Shown here one piece after another: positions 17,394 to 27,197 of a stretch of DNA of 64,000 nucleotides. The number at the start of each line of letters is the position of its first letter. The stretch's first letter is position 1. The translations under genes were made by a program, and so were the position numbers. Source of the stretch: an uncultured Chitinophagaceae bacterium (GTDB lineage: Bacteria > Bacteroidota > Bacteroidia > Chitinophagales > Chitinophagaceae); NCBI GenBank assembly GCA_964477265.1, contig CAYZDJ010000005.1, positions 158,659 to 222,658 on the forward strand. Direction: 5' to 3'. The notes beneath the pieces were generated by a model. That model was given only the letters and a program-made list of their open reading frames with translations, did not search any database and was not told the origin of the DNA.

Positions 17394-19739
17394 TTATTCT
17401 TTAATGAATTTTATGGTTTCATTGTTTTTAAACGAAAGCATATAAACCCCTTTGGGCAAATCTGTAACTGAAATTTTTTGTTGAGTTGATTGTAATAAAA
17501 CTGATTTTAAAACTTTGCCATAAATATCGACAATATTAACCCATTCATCTTTTTCAGTAGTTCTGCTAATGCTAATTTCTGTTGATGTCGGATTTGGATA
17601 AACATTAATTGCTTTAGATGACAGAGGATTAAGTATAACAGATTTTACTTTGCTGTAGTTTATTTTGCCATCATTATCTATTGCCATTATTCTGTAATAC
17701 AATACCTGAAATTTATTTAATACGGGTAATTTTTTATCGCTGAATTCATAGTTGTTCACAGACTTGTTTTTTGCGTCTGTTACTCCAATCGTTTCAAAAT
17801 CTTTACCATTAAAGCTTCGCTGAATATTGAAAAAGGAAACGTTGATTTCATTGCTAGTTGTCCAGATATTATTAATTTCAGTTTTATCTGCAATCTTCAA
17901 TTCATAATGTGTAATTTTCAAAGGTGTTACAACAGGATTCCTGATTTTAGTTATCGCTGTATTGGTTATAATGGGTAAATTGTAATCAAAATAAATAGAC
18001 GCCTTGTTTGGAATATCAGTTCCATTAGTAACAGTAGCCAAAGGCTTAACTCTGAATACAATAAAACCATGGCTTCTAATCTTGTCAATGCTTGTATATG
18101 GAAGATTTACATCATTAAATGTGAATTTTAACAACCTATCATCTACTTGTATACTACACCCACTTGATAGATTTACAATTTGCAAACTATTTAAATCAAG
18201 TAAAGTGCTTAACTCATCAGTTACTATAATTTTAAAAGCAGTATCTGTGCCTGTATTTTCAAACCTTACAATGTAGTTTATATATTTTCCCTGTGCTACC
18301 TCAGTTGTTGTTAATAAAGGTGTAGCATCTTTATCATTAGGGTCATAGCTACCTCTTATAATTGTAAAAGAACTATCAGCAGCACTTATTGTAGCAGTAT
18401 TAACTGTTGCTACCAGCTTTAATGTATCTCCAAGATGGGCATAAGTTTTAAGCTTATAATTTATCATAAATGATGTGTGCTGGCCAGGTGCAAGGCTACT
18501 TGCAGGAATACTCAAGTATAAACCATTATCAACAACATTTGCATTGGTGCAACTTATATACTCCAATTTAGAGCTATCGTATGGAATAGTTAATGTAGCA
18601 TTGTTTAAAAATGTGTTACCATTATTGGTATATGTAACACCAACTGGATAATCAAAACCTGGGCGTGCAGCATTAAATAAAGGTATCATGCTTAATGTTA
18701 GGCTATCAAATGGTGTGGTAGTATTTTGTAAAGCATAATCACCTGTTACGCTTGTATCATAACCAACAAAATTGTAATTGTAAGTTGCAGGTGTGGCACT
18801 ATGTAAGCTTGATGTAACAATATTGGTTGAAAAACTGCCTAATGTATCATATGTTAAATCGTAATTGCCTTGTAAGTTAGTAATGGCAAAACTTCCATTG
18901 CTTCCATTGATTCTTGTGTTAGGTTTAAAATAATCAGTGCTGTCCATTACACCATTATTATTAACATCTACATAAACATTACCATTTACTGTTGGGTAAG
19001 GCGATACATTGTATAACATATCAACTTCATTGTCACTTAAACTTCTTTTATAAATTCTAATATCGTCAAGCACACCTTTAAAATAATAAGGATAGTTCAT
19101 TGTATCGCCAAACATACCAATTCTTAAATCGTATTGATTGGTAAATGTTAAACCTGAAGGATGAGCACCAATATGAGACAATTTGCCATTAATAAATGTT
19201 TTGCACGTAGTACCATCAGTTGTAAAAACAACAAAATACCAGCGATTAGTTTGGATGTTTTTGTTTAAACAAACACCACCATCAGGTCCATATAAATATT
19301 CTTTTGTAGAATCTCTTAAGGTATTACAGCCATTAACATAATCGGCAAAACGCAAAGAATAATTGCCTTGATTGCCCCAACTGTTATCTGTTATAGCTTT
19401 GCTTAAAATTACATTATTGTAACATAAACCTTGATAATAACCCATTGGTTTCATCCAAACGCATAAACTCATGGTTTTGTAAAAGTTTAAAGTAGGGTGA
19501 TTGGGAACTAGCATGTAATTCCCATTTCCATTGAAATAATATGCATTATTGGCATTGCCAAATCTATCTGCAGTTAAAGTGGCATTATTAAAACTTGTAT
19601 TATTGTTGTTGATTGAAGAATCGCCTGCATTTCCTGTAAAAGGATAATATGCAACCAAGCCTGAATCTAAAATTGATTGAGCTTTTATGGTGATAGTGAA
19701 TACAACAAATGATAGTACAAGTAAAAGTTTATTTCTCAT
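17394..19739 (-). CDS. 781-aa T9SS type A cargo with N-terminal LamG domain
   Basis: Signal peptide. LamG signature (LVAYYPFTGNAGDSS...GVLDDIRIYKRSLS). GSYDPNDK conserved-repeat region. C-terminal VYPNPTSTEISI...LPKGVYMLSF = Por secretion tail (type A CTD). Confidence 0.8.
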   Translation of the reverse strand: MRNKLLLVLSFVVFTITIKAQSILDSGLVAYYPFTGNAGDSSINNNNTSFNNATLTADRFGNANNAYYFNGNGNYMLVPNHPTLNFYKTMSLCVWMKPMGYYQGLCYNNVILSKAITDNSWGNQGNYSLRFADYVNGCNTLRDSTKEYLYGPDGGVCLNKNIQTNRWYFVVFTTDGTTCKTFINGKLSHIGAHPSGLTFTNQYDLRIGMFGDTMNYPYYFKGVLDDIRIYKRSLSDNEVDMLYNVSPYPTVNGNVYVDVNNNGVMDSTDYFKPNTRINGSNGSFAITNLQGNYDLTYDTLGSFSTNIVTSSLHSATPATYNYNFVGYDTSVTGDYALQNTTTPFDSLTLSMIPLFNAARPGFDYPVGVTYTNNGNTFLNNATLTIPYDSSKLEYISCTNANVVDNGLYLSIPASSLAPGQHTSFMINYKLKTYAHLGDTLKLVATVNTATISAADSSFTIIRGSYDPNDKDATPLLTTTEVAQGKYINYIVRFENTGTDTAFKIIVTDELSTLLDLNSLQIVNLSSGCSIQVDDRLLKFTFNDVNLPYTSIDKIRSHGFIVFRVKPLATVTNGTDIPNKASIYFDYNLPIITNTAITKIRNPVVTPLKITHYELKIADKTEINNIWTTSNEINVSFFNIQRSFNGKDFETIGVTDAKNKSVNNYEFSDKKLPVLNKFQVLYYRIMAIDNDGKINYSKVKSVILNPLSSKAINVYPNPTSTEISISRTTEKDEWVNIVDIYGKVLKSVLLQSTQQKISVTDLPKGVYMLSFKNNETIKFIKE

Positions 19740-19779
19740 AAATTGTTTTTAAGTGCAGTAAAACTAAGGACTTAATCAA

Positions 19780-20643
19780 TTATTGTAAAAAATATTTTAC
19801 TGCTATTCTGCAATATTCTTTAAGAAAATATATTAATGATAAAATATTAAAATAAAAACCTTTACCCCTAATTGCCTTCATAATTTCAAGTTCATTCTTT
19901 AGCATTGTTTTTCTTAAAGCAAGTTGTTTTGATTTTGCAGTGCTGCCATTATTTATATGCACAATAGTTGTGTTATAGTAAAAATAACACTTATAGCCAA
20001 GTTGCTTAAATTGATAGCACCACAAATGGTCTTCGCCATACATAAAAAAACGTTCATCTAATTTTTGCTTAGGTATTTGCTCCAAAGCATTTTTTGGAAA
20101 CATAAAGAAAGCACCATTAAGCCAATCACATTCTGTGTTAAAATCGCTTTTAAAATATTTGCCAAGCATTAATGTTGCTCTTTTTTTGTAAGTGAGTAGG
20201 ATAGGAATGAACCTGAAAATATCTAATAGTTCCCAACTAATGCTTCTAAATTTTCGTGCTGTGTGTTGTATGTTTCCATTTGGGTAAATCATTTTGCAAC
20301 CAATAACACCGTTGCAATTGTTTTGTTTGTAATAATTAATTGTGTTGCTTATGGCGTCTTCAATTAAATATGTATCGCTGTTAAGCAATAAAATAAATTC
20401 GCCTTTTGCTTGTGCAATGCCTAAATTGTTTCCTTTTGCAAACCCACCATTCTCATTGCTTTTAATAAGATTGATTGAAGGAAATTTTTGCTTAAATAAA
20501 TTTGCATCACACTCTGTTGAAAGATTATCGACCACAATAATTTCGTAAGAAACCTGTTGTGTAAATTGTATTACACTTTCAATACAATTACAAGTTAATT
20601 GAAACGTGTTGTAGTTTAATATAATAATTGATACATCAATCAA
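19780..20643 (-). CDS. Glycosyltransferase family 2
   Basis: VSIIILNYN...VVDNLSTE...LLLNSDT GT-A/GT2 motifs. The only in-frame start at the 5' end is a TTG. Confidence 0.8.
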   Translation of the reverse strand: MIDVSIIILNYNTFQLTCNCIESVIQFTQQVSYEIIVVDNLSTECDANLFKQKFPSINLIKSNENGGFAKGNNLGIAQAKGEFILLLNSDTYLIEDAISNTINYYKQNNCNGVIGCKMIYPNGNIQHTARKFRSISWELLDIFRFIPILLTYKKRATLMLGKYFKSDFNTECDWLNGAFFMFPKNALEQIPKQKLDERFFMYGEDHLWCYQFKQLGYKCYFYYNTTIVHINNGSTAKSKQLALRKTMLKNELEIMKAIRGKGFYFNILSLIYFLKEYCRIAVKYFLQ

Positions 20644-20817
20644 GGCTTGCTGTTTTAGTTTTGGTTTAAAAACCTATTATTGCCAAATAAATATGCAGCA
20701 ATAATATTGCTTTATAAATAAAAAATTATGGGTTTTATTGGTAGAACAATTAATGGAATTATTAGAAAGCAAAAAACAAAACAGTTTGTTGCAACCATTA
20801 GTAATTTGCCAAAACAA

Positions 20818-21600
20818 ATGGCTGAAATTAATACTGATAAAGATTTTGTGAGCTTTAGTCATATTGGGCATCTTGGCGATATTGTTTATTCTATGCCAGC
20901 AATTTTTGCTTTAGCCAAAGGCAAAAAAATTCATTTATATTTTGATACAACTGCTGTAAATACTTACACAAAAGCTATGAAGCATCATAGCGGTAAACAA
21001 ATTTTAACAGATAAAAGTATTGCTTTTTTGCAACCATTATTATTGGCTCAACAGCAATTTGAAATATGCACAAAATGGAATAATGAAGTAATAGATTATA
21101 ATTTGAACGATATAAAAAAATATCCTTTCGATTATAAATATGGCAATATTGTTCGTTGGTATTTTTTAGCTTTTGGTGTAACCTATAATACAACCTTACC
21201 TTGGTTGCAGGTAAAGCCCAATAATGATTACAGCCAATCTATAATTATTGCAAGAAGCTTTAGATACAGAAGCCCACAAATTGATTATTCTTTTTTAAGT
21301 AAATACAACAATATTTGTTTTGTGGGATTGCAAGATGAATTTGCAGATATGCAAAAACAAATACCAAATATTAAACACATACAAACCAATACAGCATTGG
21401 CATTAGCAGAAATTATTACTGGTTGTAAATTATTTATTGGTAACCAGTCTTTTCCTTTTGCAGTAGCCGAAGCTTTAAAAGTAAAAAGAGTATTAGAACT
21501 TTATTTTCTTTGCCCCAATGTTATGGTTGATGGCGATAATGGATTTGATTTTTGTTATCAACCTCAATTTGAAAAAATTATAAAAAATATTTTAGAATAA
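20818..21600 (+). CDS. Hypothetical protein (weak resemblance to GT9 heptosyltransferase-like fold)
   Basis: Long ORF; the start could be 20728 or 20818. SHIGHLGDIVYSMPAIFAL resembles the N-terminal motif of GT9 enzymes, but the protein is short (~260 aa). Confidence 0.35.
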   Translation: MAEINTDKDFVSFSHIGHLGDIVYSMPAIFALAKGKKIHLYFDTTAVNTYTKAMKHHSGKQILTDKSIAFLQPLLLAQQQFEICTKWNNEVIDYNLNDIKKYPFDYKYGNIVRWYFLAFGVTYNTTLPWLQVKPNNDYSQSIIIARSFRYRSPQIDYSFLSKYNNICFVGLQDEFADMQKQIPNIKHIQTNTALALAEIITGCKLFIGNQSFPFAVAEALKVKRVLELYFLCPNVMVDGDNGFDFCYQPQFEKIIKNILE

Positions 21601-22353
21601 ATGAAAGATTATGCACTGCATCCTGGACACAGCATAAGCATGAGTAAGGATGAAAAATTTAAAGAAACTATTGATAGCATTTTTGCAAATAATAAAGTTG
21701 ATTTTATTGTTGAAAGTGGCACATTTAAAGGCACTGGCAGCACAACTACTTTGGCAAATGCAGTATTAAAAAACAAGGTTGCACTAAAGGCATTTTATAC
21801 AATTGAAGTAGATAAAAAGTTTCATGGTATTGCAACAAAAAATTTGCAGCAATTCAACTTTGTAAAACCAATTTGGGGTTTAAGTGTAAATAAGCAAACT
21901 GCAATTGATTTTATAAAAAGTGATGAAGCTATTAATCATCATGAAAAATATGCAGACGTTTATATTGATACTTTAAGTAATCCAGTACAGTTTTATATTA
22001 ATGAAATTGATGGTAAATTATCTAAAGCTCACAGACAAAGTATGTGGCGTAAAATATTTTCTTTTGGTAGTGGCAGCACATCTCTTTTTACAGAAAATGT
22101 GTTTGATAAAATACTGCCACAAGTAGTTAATAATACATCCTTAATATTGCTTGATAGTGCTGGTGGTATTGGTTATTTAGAATTTTTAACTGCTATTGAT
22201 TATTTAAAGCACAGCAACTTTTTTATTATTTTAGATGATATACATCACCTGAAACATTTTAGAAGTTTACAACATATTAAAGACAGCAATGACTTTGAAT
22301 TAATTGCCATGAGCGAAAAAGATGGTTGGGCAATTGCAAAACATTTGGTGTAA
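21601..22353 (+). CDS. Hypothetical protein (possible class I methyltransferase-fold, Methyltransf_24-like)
   Basis: The ATG directly abuts the upstream stop codon. IVESGTFKGTGSTTTLA and LILLDSAGG / IILDDIHH segments are reminiscent of the Rossmann-type O-antigen-cluster methyltransferase fold. Weak. Confidence 0.3.
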   Translation: MKDYALHPGHSISMSKDEKFKETIDSIFANNKVDFIVESGTFKGTGSTTTLANAVLKNKVALKAFYTIEVDKKFHGIATKNLQQFNFVKPIWGLSVNKQTAIDFIKSDEAINHHEKYADVYIDTLSNPVQFYINEIDGKLSKAHRQSMWRKIFSFGSGSTSLFTENVFDKILPQVVNNTSLILLDSAGGIGYLEFLTAIDYLKHSNFFIILDDIHHLKHFRSLQHIKDSNDFELIAMSEKDGWAIAKHLV

Positions 22354-22445
22354 TTTTTATGCAAAGATGTAAAGCTGCAATTGATACAAATTTTTGATTG
22401 ATTATTTATTGTTACAACAATATTTTTGTTGCAATGTAAAAAACT

Positions 22446-22453
22446 TATATTTG
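22446..22453 (+). promoter_or_regulatory. Candidate -7 box (TATATTTG) with upstream TTTG (22425-22428)
   Basis: TAnnTTTG ends 16 nt before the ATG at 22470. TTTG lies 17 nt upstream of the box. Confidence 0.45.
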
Positions 22454-22469
22454 TTTCAAATATCGAGAT

Positions 22470-24455
22470 ATGAAAAAGCTACTAGTGTTTCTTTTTACAG
22501 TTGCTTATTTTACCAATGTGCAAGCACAGCCTACTATTACAAATGTATTTCCTTTACAAGCTAAAATTGATTCTATAGTTACCATTACAGGTACAAATTT
22601 TAGTACTACTGCTGCAAACAATATTGTTTATTTTGGTGCAGTAAAAGCTACAGTAACCAATGCTACAAATACACAACTACAAGTTAAAGTGCCATTGGGT
22701 GCAAGCTATGCACCAATAAGTGTTACAACAAATGCACTTACTGCCACAGCCAATATGCCTTTTGATGTTTTGTTTGATGCACAAGGAACTTTAAGTGCTG
22801 GAAGTTTTCCTGTTAAAATAGATTCAAGTACAAATACACCATATAGAGTTTTGGCTGCTGATTTAGATGGTGATGGGAAACCTGAAATTGTGTTTGGAAA
22901 TGCTACAAATGCTGCAACACCAGGTTTTTCAATCTTCAGAAATACTACCTTAAATGACTGTCTTTCATTTGGCCAACAAAACGTTATTAGTACAGGAAAT
23001 TCGAATCAAAGAATTCATGTAATCGATATTGATGGTGATGGAAAAAAGGATATAGTTGCTTTTAATTATGATGGTGAAAGTTTTTCTATATACAAGAATA
23101 CTTCAGTAATTGGAAATATATCATTTTCTAGCCGAATTGATTTTACTACTATGTCTGGTACAAATACAACTTATGCTAATATTGATGATATTGATGGCGA
23201 TGGCAAACCAGATATTGTTGTGTCAAATTATCCTTTAAATGGTTTTGAAATTTATAGAAATTTAAGTACTGTCGGAAACATCAATTTCGACACACGTTTA
23301 GATTATACGACTCAAGGAACATATCCCACAGAGATTGCAATTGCTGATTTGAATAATGATGGAAAGAAAGATATTGTAATAGGTAATAGTCAACAATATA
23401 CGGTTTCAGTTTTTCAAAATGTTTCTACTGTTGGGAATATTTTATTAGCAACATCAAAAAACTATGCTGTTACGTTAGGTGTTCATGGAATTGGTATTGC
23501 AGATTTGAATAATGATGGAAAACTTGATATTGTAACTGCTGATTTTGCTACACCTGGGGCTGCAACCTATGCTACAACAATTACAGTTCTACAAAATAAT
23601 ACTACTGCTGGCTCATCTTTTAATGCTAATAGCTTTTTAACAAAAGTACCTTACACTGTTGGTTCAGGTTCTCTTGATATAAAATTTGGTGATTTGAATG
23701 GCGATGGAAAGACAGATGTTTTAGTTGGTAATTATATGTCGCCTTATATTTCTTTATTAACTAATAATTCAAATACAGGGGGTAATATTTCTTTAGCTTC
23801 AACAATAAATATAAACACTGGCAATCAAGCAGGTTTTGTAGAAAGTTGTGATTTAAACCTTGATGGAATACCTGATATTATAGCCAGTAATTATGGTAGT
23901 AATACGATTAGTGTATTAACAAACAGCTTACCTGTACTTACCAATGAAAACCTACTATCATTTACTGCAACTGCAAAAGAAAAAAATGTATTGCTTGCAT
24001 GGCAATTAACAAATATTGCAGATATTGATAAATTAACCTTGCAATATAGCACCAATGCTAAAAACTGGGAAAATAGTTATTCAAATAAGTATGTTGTAAA
24101 TAAGCAGGAATATTTACATACAAATACTAGTAATGGCAATAATTATTATAGACTATTACAAACTACCAAGACTGGTAAACAATGGTATAGTGAGGTTAGA
24201 ACTTTAAATTTTAAATTGCAAGCCTCTAATATTTTATTATATCCTAATCCAAGCAATAATGGCTTATTTACTGTGCAATTAGATAAACTACCCACTACAA
24301 AACTAAACTATAAGATTGCCAATACACTTGGACAAATTGTAAGAACAGGTATAGTTAATAGTCAATATACCAGTATTGATTGTAGTCAATTACCAAAGGG
24401 TAACTATTTATTAAATGTTGAAAATAATATTTCAGCACAAATGACTATTAGATAA
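22470..24455 (+). CDS. 661-aa T9SS type A cargo: IPT/TIG-like domain + seven FG-GAP/VCBS repeats (integrin-alpha-like propeller)
   Basis: Signal peptide. PTITNVFPLQAKIDSIVTITGTNF (IPT-like). Seven D[LI][DN]xDG[KI]xD[IV] calcium-loop motifs. C-terminal LLYPNPSNNGLFTV...LPKGNYLLNV type A CTD. Confidence 0.8.
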   Translation: MKKLLVFLFTVAYFTNVQAQPTITNVFPLQAKIDSIVTITGTNFSTTAANNIVYFGAVKATVTNATNTQLQVKVPLGASYAPISVTTNALTATANMPFDVLFDAQGTLSAGSFPVKIDSSTNTPYRVLAADLDGDGKPEIVFGNATNAATPGFSIFRNTTLNDCLSFGQQNVISTGNSNQRIHVIDIDGDGKKDIVAFNYDGESFSIYKNTSVIGNISFSSRIDFTTMSGTNTTYANIDDIDGDGKPDIVVSNYPLNGFEIYRNLSTVGNINFDTRLDYTTQGTYPTEIAIADLNNDGKKDIVIGNSQQYTVSVFQNVSTVGNILLATSKNYAVTLGVHGIGIADLNNDGKLDIVTADFATPGAATYATTITVLQNNTTAGSSFNANSFLTKVPYTVGSGSLDIKFGDLNGDGKTDVLVGNYMSPYISLLTNNSNTGGNISLASTININTGNQAGFVESCDLNLDGIPDIIASNYGSNTISVLTNSLPVLTNENLLSFTATAKEKNVLLAWQLTNIADIDKLTLQYSTNAKNWENSYSNKYVVNKQEYLHTNTSNGNNYYRLLQTTKTGKQWYSEVRTLNFKLQASNILLYPNPSNNGLFTVQLDKLPTTKLNYKIANTLGQIVRTGIVNSQYTSIDCSQLPKGNYLLNVENNISAQMTIR

Positions 24456-24463
24456 ACTAGTGT

Positions 24464-25438
24464 TTAGTTCCAGATAAACTTCTTTAACTCAGTTACGCAT
24501 TTCCCAATTTTTGGATAGTAAAACAATAGCTTAAATTGTTTGGTTTGTGGTTGATTAAGGTATTTTTTAAAAATGTCTTTATCAAAATTGTTTAGTAATG
24601 CTGCTATTGGTTTTATATTCTCTCTGTTATTTAAATAATTATTTTGGTAAATGGATTTAAAAAAGAAAAGACAAATATTTTCTTTAATACTTTCAAATTG
24701 CTGTTGATTGCTTTTTTGTTGTAGTAGCAAAAAAAACTGCTGCAATAAAGGAAATAATTTTTGAATTTGTGGTAATGAAAAAGACAATTTACTAGCATTA
24801 TCGCTATGTAAGTAAAACTTATAGCTATTATAATTATTAAAGCAAATATTGCCTTGCAGTAATAAAAAAAAGTTGGCTACATAATCGGCAGAATTGATTT
24901 GTAATCCAAATGGATTTATTTCATTTAATTTTTGGCGATGTAATAAAATGCCTGCCCAGCCAAAATCTATATTGAAATTTATTGAACTCAAAAAATCTAT
25001 ACCATTATAAAATGTTTCGTAACTGCTATAGTCCATCACAGTATCATTACCATTTTGTGAAACAGTGTGTTTACTTTTTACAATAACTACATTAGGATTA
25101 TTTTGAATTAGCGTAATACACTGCGATATAAATTGAGGGTTGATAAGTTCGTCATCACTATTAACCAAAGTTATATAATTACCTTTTGCTCTTTCTTCAA
25201 AACTAATTTTAAAATTATTGAGCATACCAATATTCTCATTATTTCTAAAATATTTAATGCGAGTATTGCCTGTAAATGAAGATATAATATTATGAGAATT
25301 ATCGGTACTACAATTATCGCTAATAATTATTTCAAGATTATGATAGTCTTGTGCCAATGCACTTTCAATAGCTTGTGCAATGGTTTTTTCACGATTATAA
25401 TTGGTGATAACAATGCTTACTAAAGGCTGATTAGTCAT
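24464..25438 (-). CDS. Glycosyltransferase family 2
   Basis: VSIVITNYNREKTIAQAIESALAQDY...IIISDNCSTD...LVNSDDE motifs. Confidence 0.85.
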   Translation of the reverse strand: MTNQPLVSIVITNYNREKTIAQAIESALAQDYHNLEIIISDNCSTDNSHNIISSFTGNTRIKYFRNNENIGMLNNFKISFEERAKGNYITLVNSDDELINPQFISQCITLIQNNPNVVIVKSKHTVSQNGNDTVMDYSSYETFYNGIDFLSSINFNIDFGWAGILLHRQKLNEINPFGLQINSADYVANFFLLLQGNICFNNYNSYKFYLHSDNASKLSFSLPQIQKLFPLLQQFFLLLQQKSNQQQFESIKENICLFFFKSIYQNNYLNNRENIKPIAALLNNFDKDIFKKYLNQPQTKQFKLLFYYPKIGKCVTELKKFIWN

Positions 25439-26108
25439 TAGGGATTAATTCTGAGAAAAATGATTGAGCAAAGGAATTAGTTGTTGGCTTCAAGTTAATC
25501 TTACCTGTAGAATCTTTAAAAACAACTGTATTAGAAGCAATACTTGTATCAACAATATTGGTGTAACTTGAAACAGTAACTCTGTTTCCAATAGTGCAAT
25601 TGCCAATTATACTAGCATGAGCTGTGAGAGCAACACCTTTTTGTATAACTGGATAAATGCCTCTGTTGTTTCCAACTGTACAGCCTTGCAAAACCACAAA
25701 GTAATCATCGTATGTTGCTTTTCCTAGCATTGTACCAGCACCATGAAACAATAGAAATATATTAGGTAGCTTAGTGTCATACATGCAATCAATTGCATGC
25801 AAACTTTTATTTAAATAATATAGTTTATTGCAAACTTTTTTATCTTGTTTTCTATTCCAAATTTCATTTCCCAAATACCATAAATACATCATATAATGAT
25901 CACTTTGTAAGTGATTAAATAATGCATTTGTACCATCATTATGTGTTTTTAGTATAACTTTATTAAAGCAAAATTCTAATCTTTCTAATGCAGTTTTTAC
26001 AGCAAAATTGAAATTTTTCAATTCAACTAAATCATCATCAGGATAGAAATAGTTTAATTGTCTTGAAGTGTAGTTTGTTAGGCTGTTTATAGAAAGAGAT
26101 GTTATCAT
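25431..26108 (-). CDS. Hexapeptide-repeat acyl/acetyltransferase (serine O-acetyltransferase-like)
   Basis: Left-handed beta-helix repeats (GCTVGNNRG...VALTAHASIIGNCTIGNRVTVSSYTNIV) after a helical N-domain. Overlaps the downstream GT2 gene by 8 nt. Confidence 0.7.
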   Translation of the reverse strand: MITSLSINSLTNYTSRQLNYFYPDDDLVELKNFNFAVKTALERLEFCFNKVILKTHNDGTNALFNHLQSDHYMMYLWYLGNEIWNRKQDKKVCNKLYYLNKSLHAIDCMYDTKLPNIFLLFHGAGTMLGKATYDDYFVVLQGCTVGNNRGIYPVIQKGVALTAHASIIGNCTIGNRVTVSSYTNIVDTSIASNTVVFKDSTGKINLKPTTNSFAQSFFSELIPND

Positions 26109-26123
26109 ATCGAAAAGACTAAT

Positions 26124-27197
26124 TTATATAGTTATAATATTTTTATTAGTCATTTTTTTTATTTCATCAATATAATTGGTATTCATTACCACAATGTTTT
26201 CAATATTGTATTTGTCAATATCTATAGGCGAAATTATTGCATGCCCAGTACCACCAATATACTTGTTTTGTTTTTTGGGGTTTATGTCAATTACACATTT
26301 AATATGTGTTGCATTAGGGTCTGTTAAGTTGGCAAATGTAGAGCCTTTGGCACCTGCACCCCAAATGGCAATATTTTTATTATTGCTTACAATGCTTTTA
26401 TAATGTGTTAGCTTTTGGTCAAATGCTATTTTATGTTGTTCTATGTTGCTTTGCTTTTCAATATTTTGTTTAATAGTAGCAAGGTTGGCAACAATGCCCA
26501 AATACTGTTTGTTAAAAACATAATTTATTTGGCAATCATTAAACATAGTAGCAAAGCTAGCTGGGGTAAAGTAATTGCAATGTTCGTAAAAAACATCTTC
26601 AACAGCATGGTGTTCAACAATCCAGTCAAACGTAGGTATTTCAATATAAATATAGCCTTTATAATTATTTGCTTCAGCTATCATCTTTAAAAAATCATAA
26701 GGTTGTGGTATATGTTCCAAAGTGTGGCGTAGCACAATCAATTCAGCATTTAAGTAGCTATAGTCCTTGCTATAATAATCTTTAATAATTTTAGGATTAT
26801 CACCTTCGTAAGTAGGGTCTATGCCTGTAACATCAATTCCTTTTTCGGCAAGCATATCCATAAAATATCCTTTGCCACAGCCTATTTCAAGCACTTTGCC
26901 ATTAAGTAAGTTTTTGTTTTTTAATAGCTCAATAATATTTATTAAATGATTTTGAAAGAAAGAAGAATTAGCCTGCTCGTTTTGATAATTCTCATCATAA
27001 TCCAAAATAGATATATCAAATCCTGCACTAAAAACAAATCCTGTATCCATGCATTGAGCCAATGTTACACTGCGTTTCAAAACATCTACAGCTTGTTGCT
27101 TAGTTGGATAAGTTTTATTTTGAAAAACAGGCAACGGCTCTTGTGTAAATAAAATTTGAGTATTATCTTTTTTTGTTAATGGACTTATATAGCTCAT
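26124..27197 (-). CDS. Class I SAM-dependent methyltransferase with C-methyltransferase-type C-terminal domain (no Zn-ribbon)
   Basis: VLEIGCGKGYFMDMLAEKGIDVTGIDP SAM motif. The C-terminus IAIWGAGAKGSTFANL...VIDINPKKQNKYIGGTGHAIISP is paralogous to the C-terminus of the 28108..29331 protein. Confidence 0.7.
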   Translation of the reverse strand: MSYISPLTKKDNTQILFTQEPLPVFQNKTYPTKQQAVDVLKRSVTLAQCMDTGFVFSAGFDISILDYDENYQNEQANSSFFQNHLINIIELLKNKNLLNGKVLEIGCGKGYFMDMLAEKGIDVTGIDPTYEGDNPKIIKDYYSKDYSYLNAELIVLRHTLEHIPQPYDFLKMIAEANNYKGYIYIEIPTFDWIVEHHAVEDVFYEHCNYFTPASFATMFNDCQINYVFNKQYLGIVANLATIKQNIEKQSNIEQHKIAFDQKLTHYKSIVSNNKNIAIWGAGAKGSTFANLTDPNATHIKCVIDINPKKQNKYIGGTGHAIISPIDIDKYNIENIVVMNTNYIDEIKKMTNKNIITI

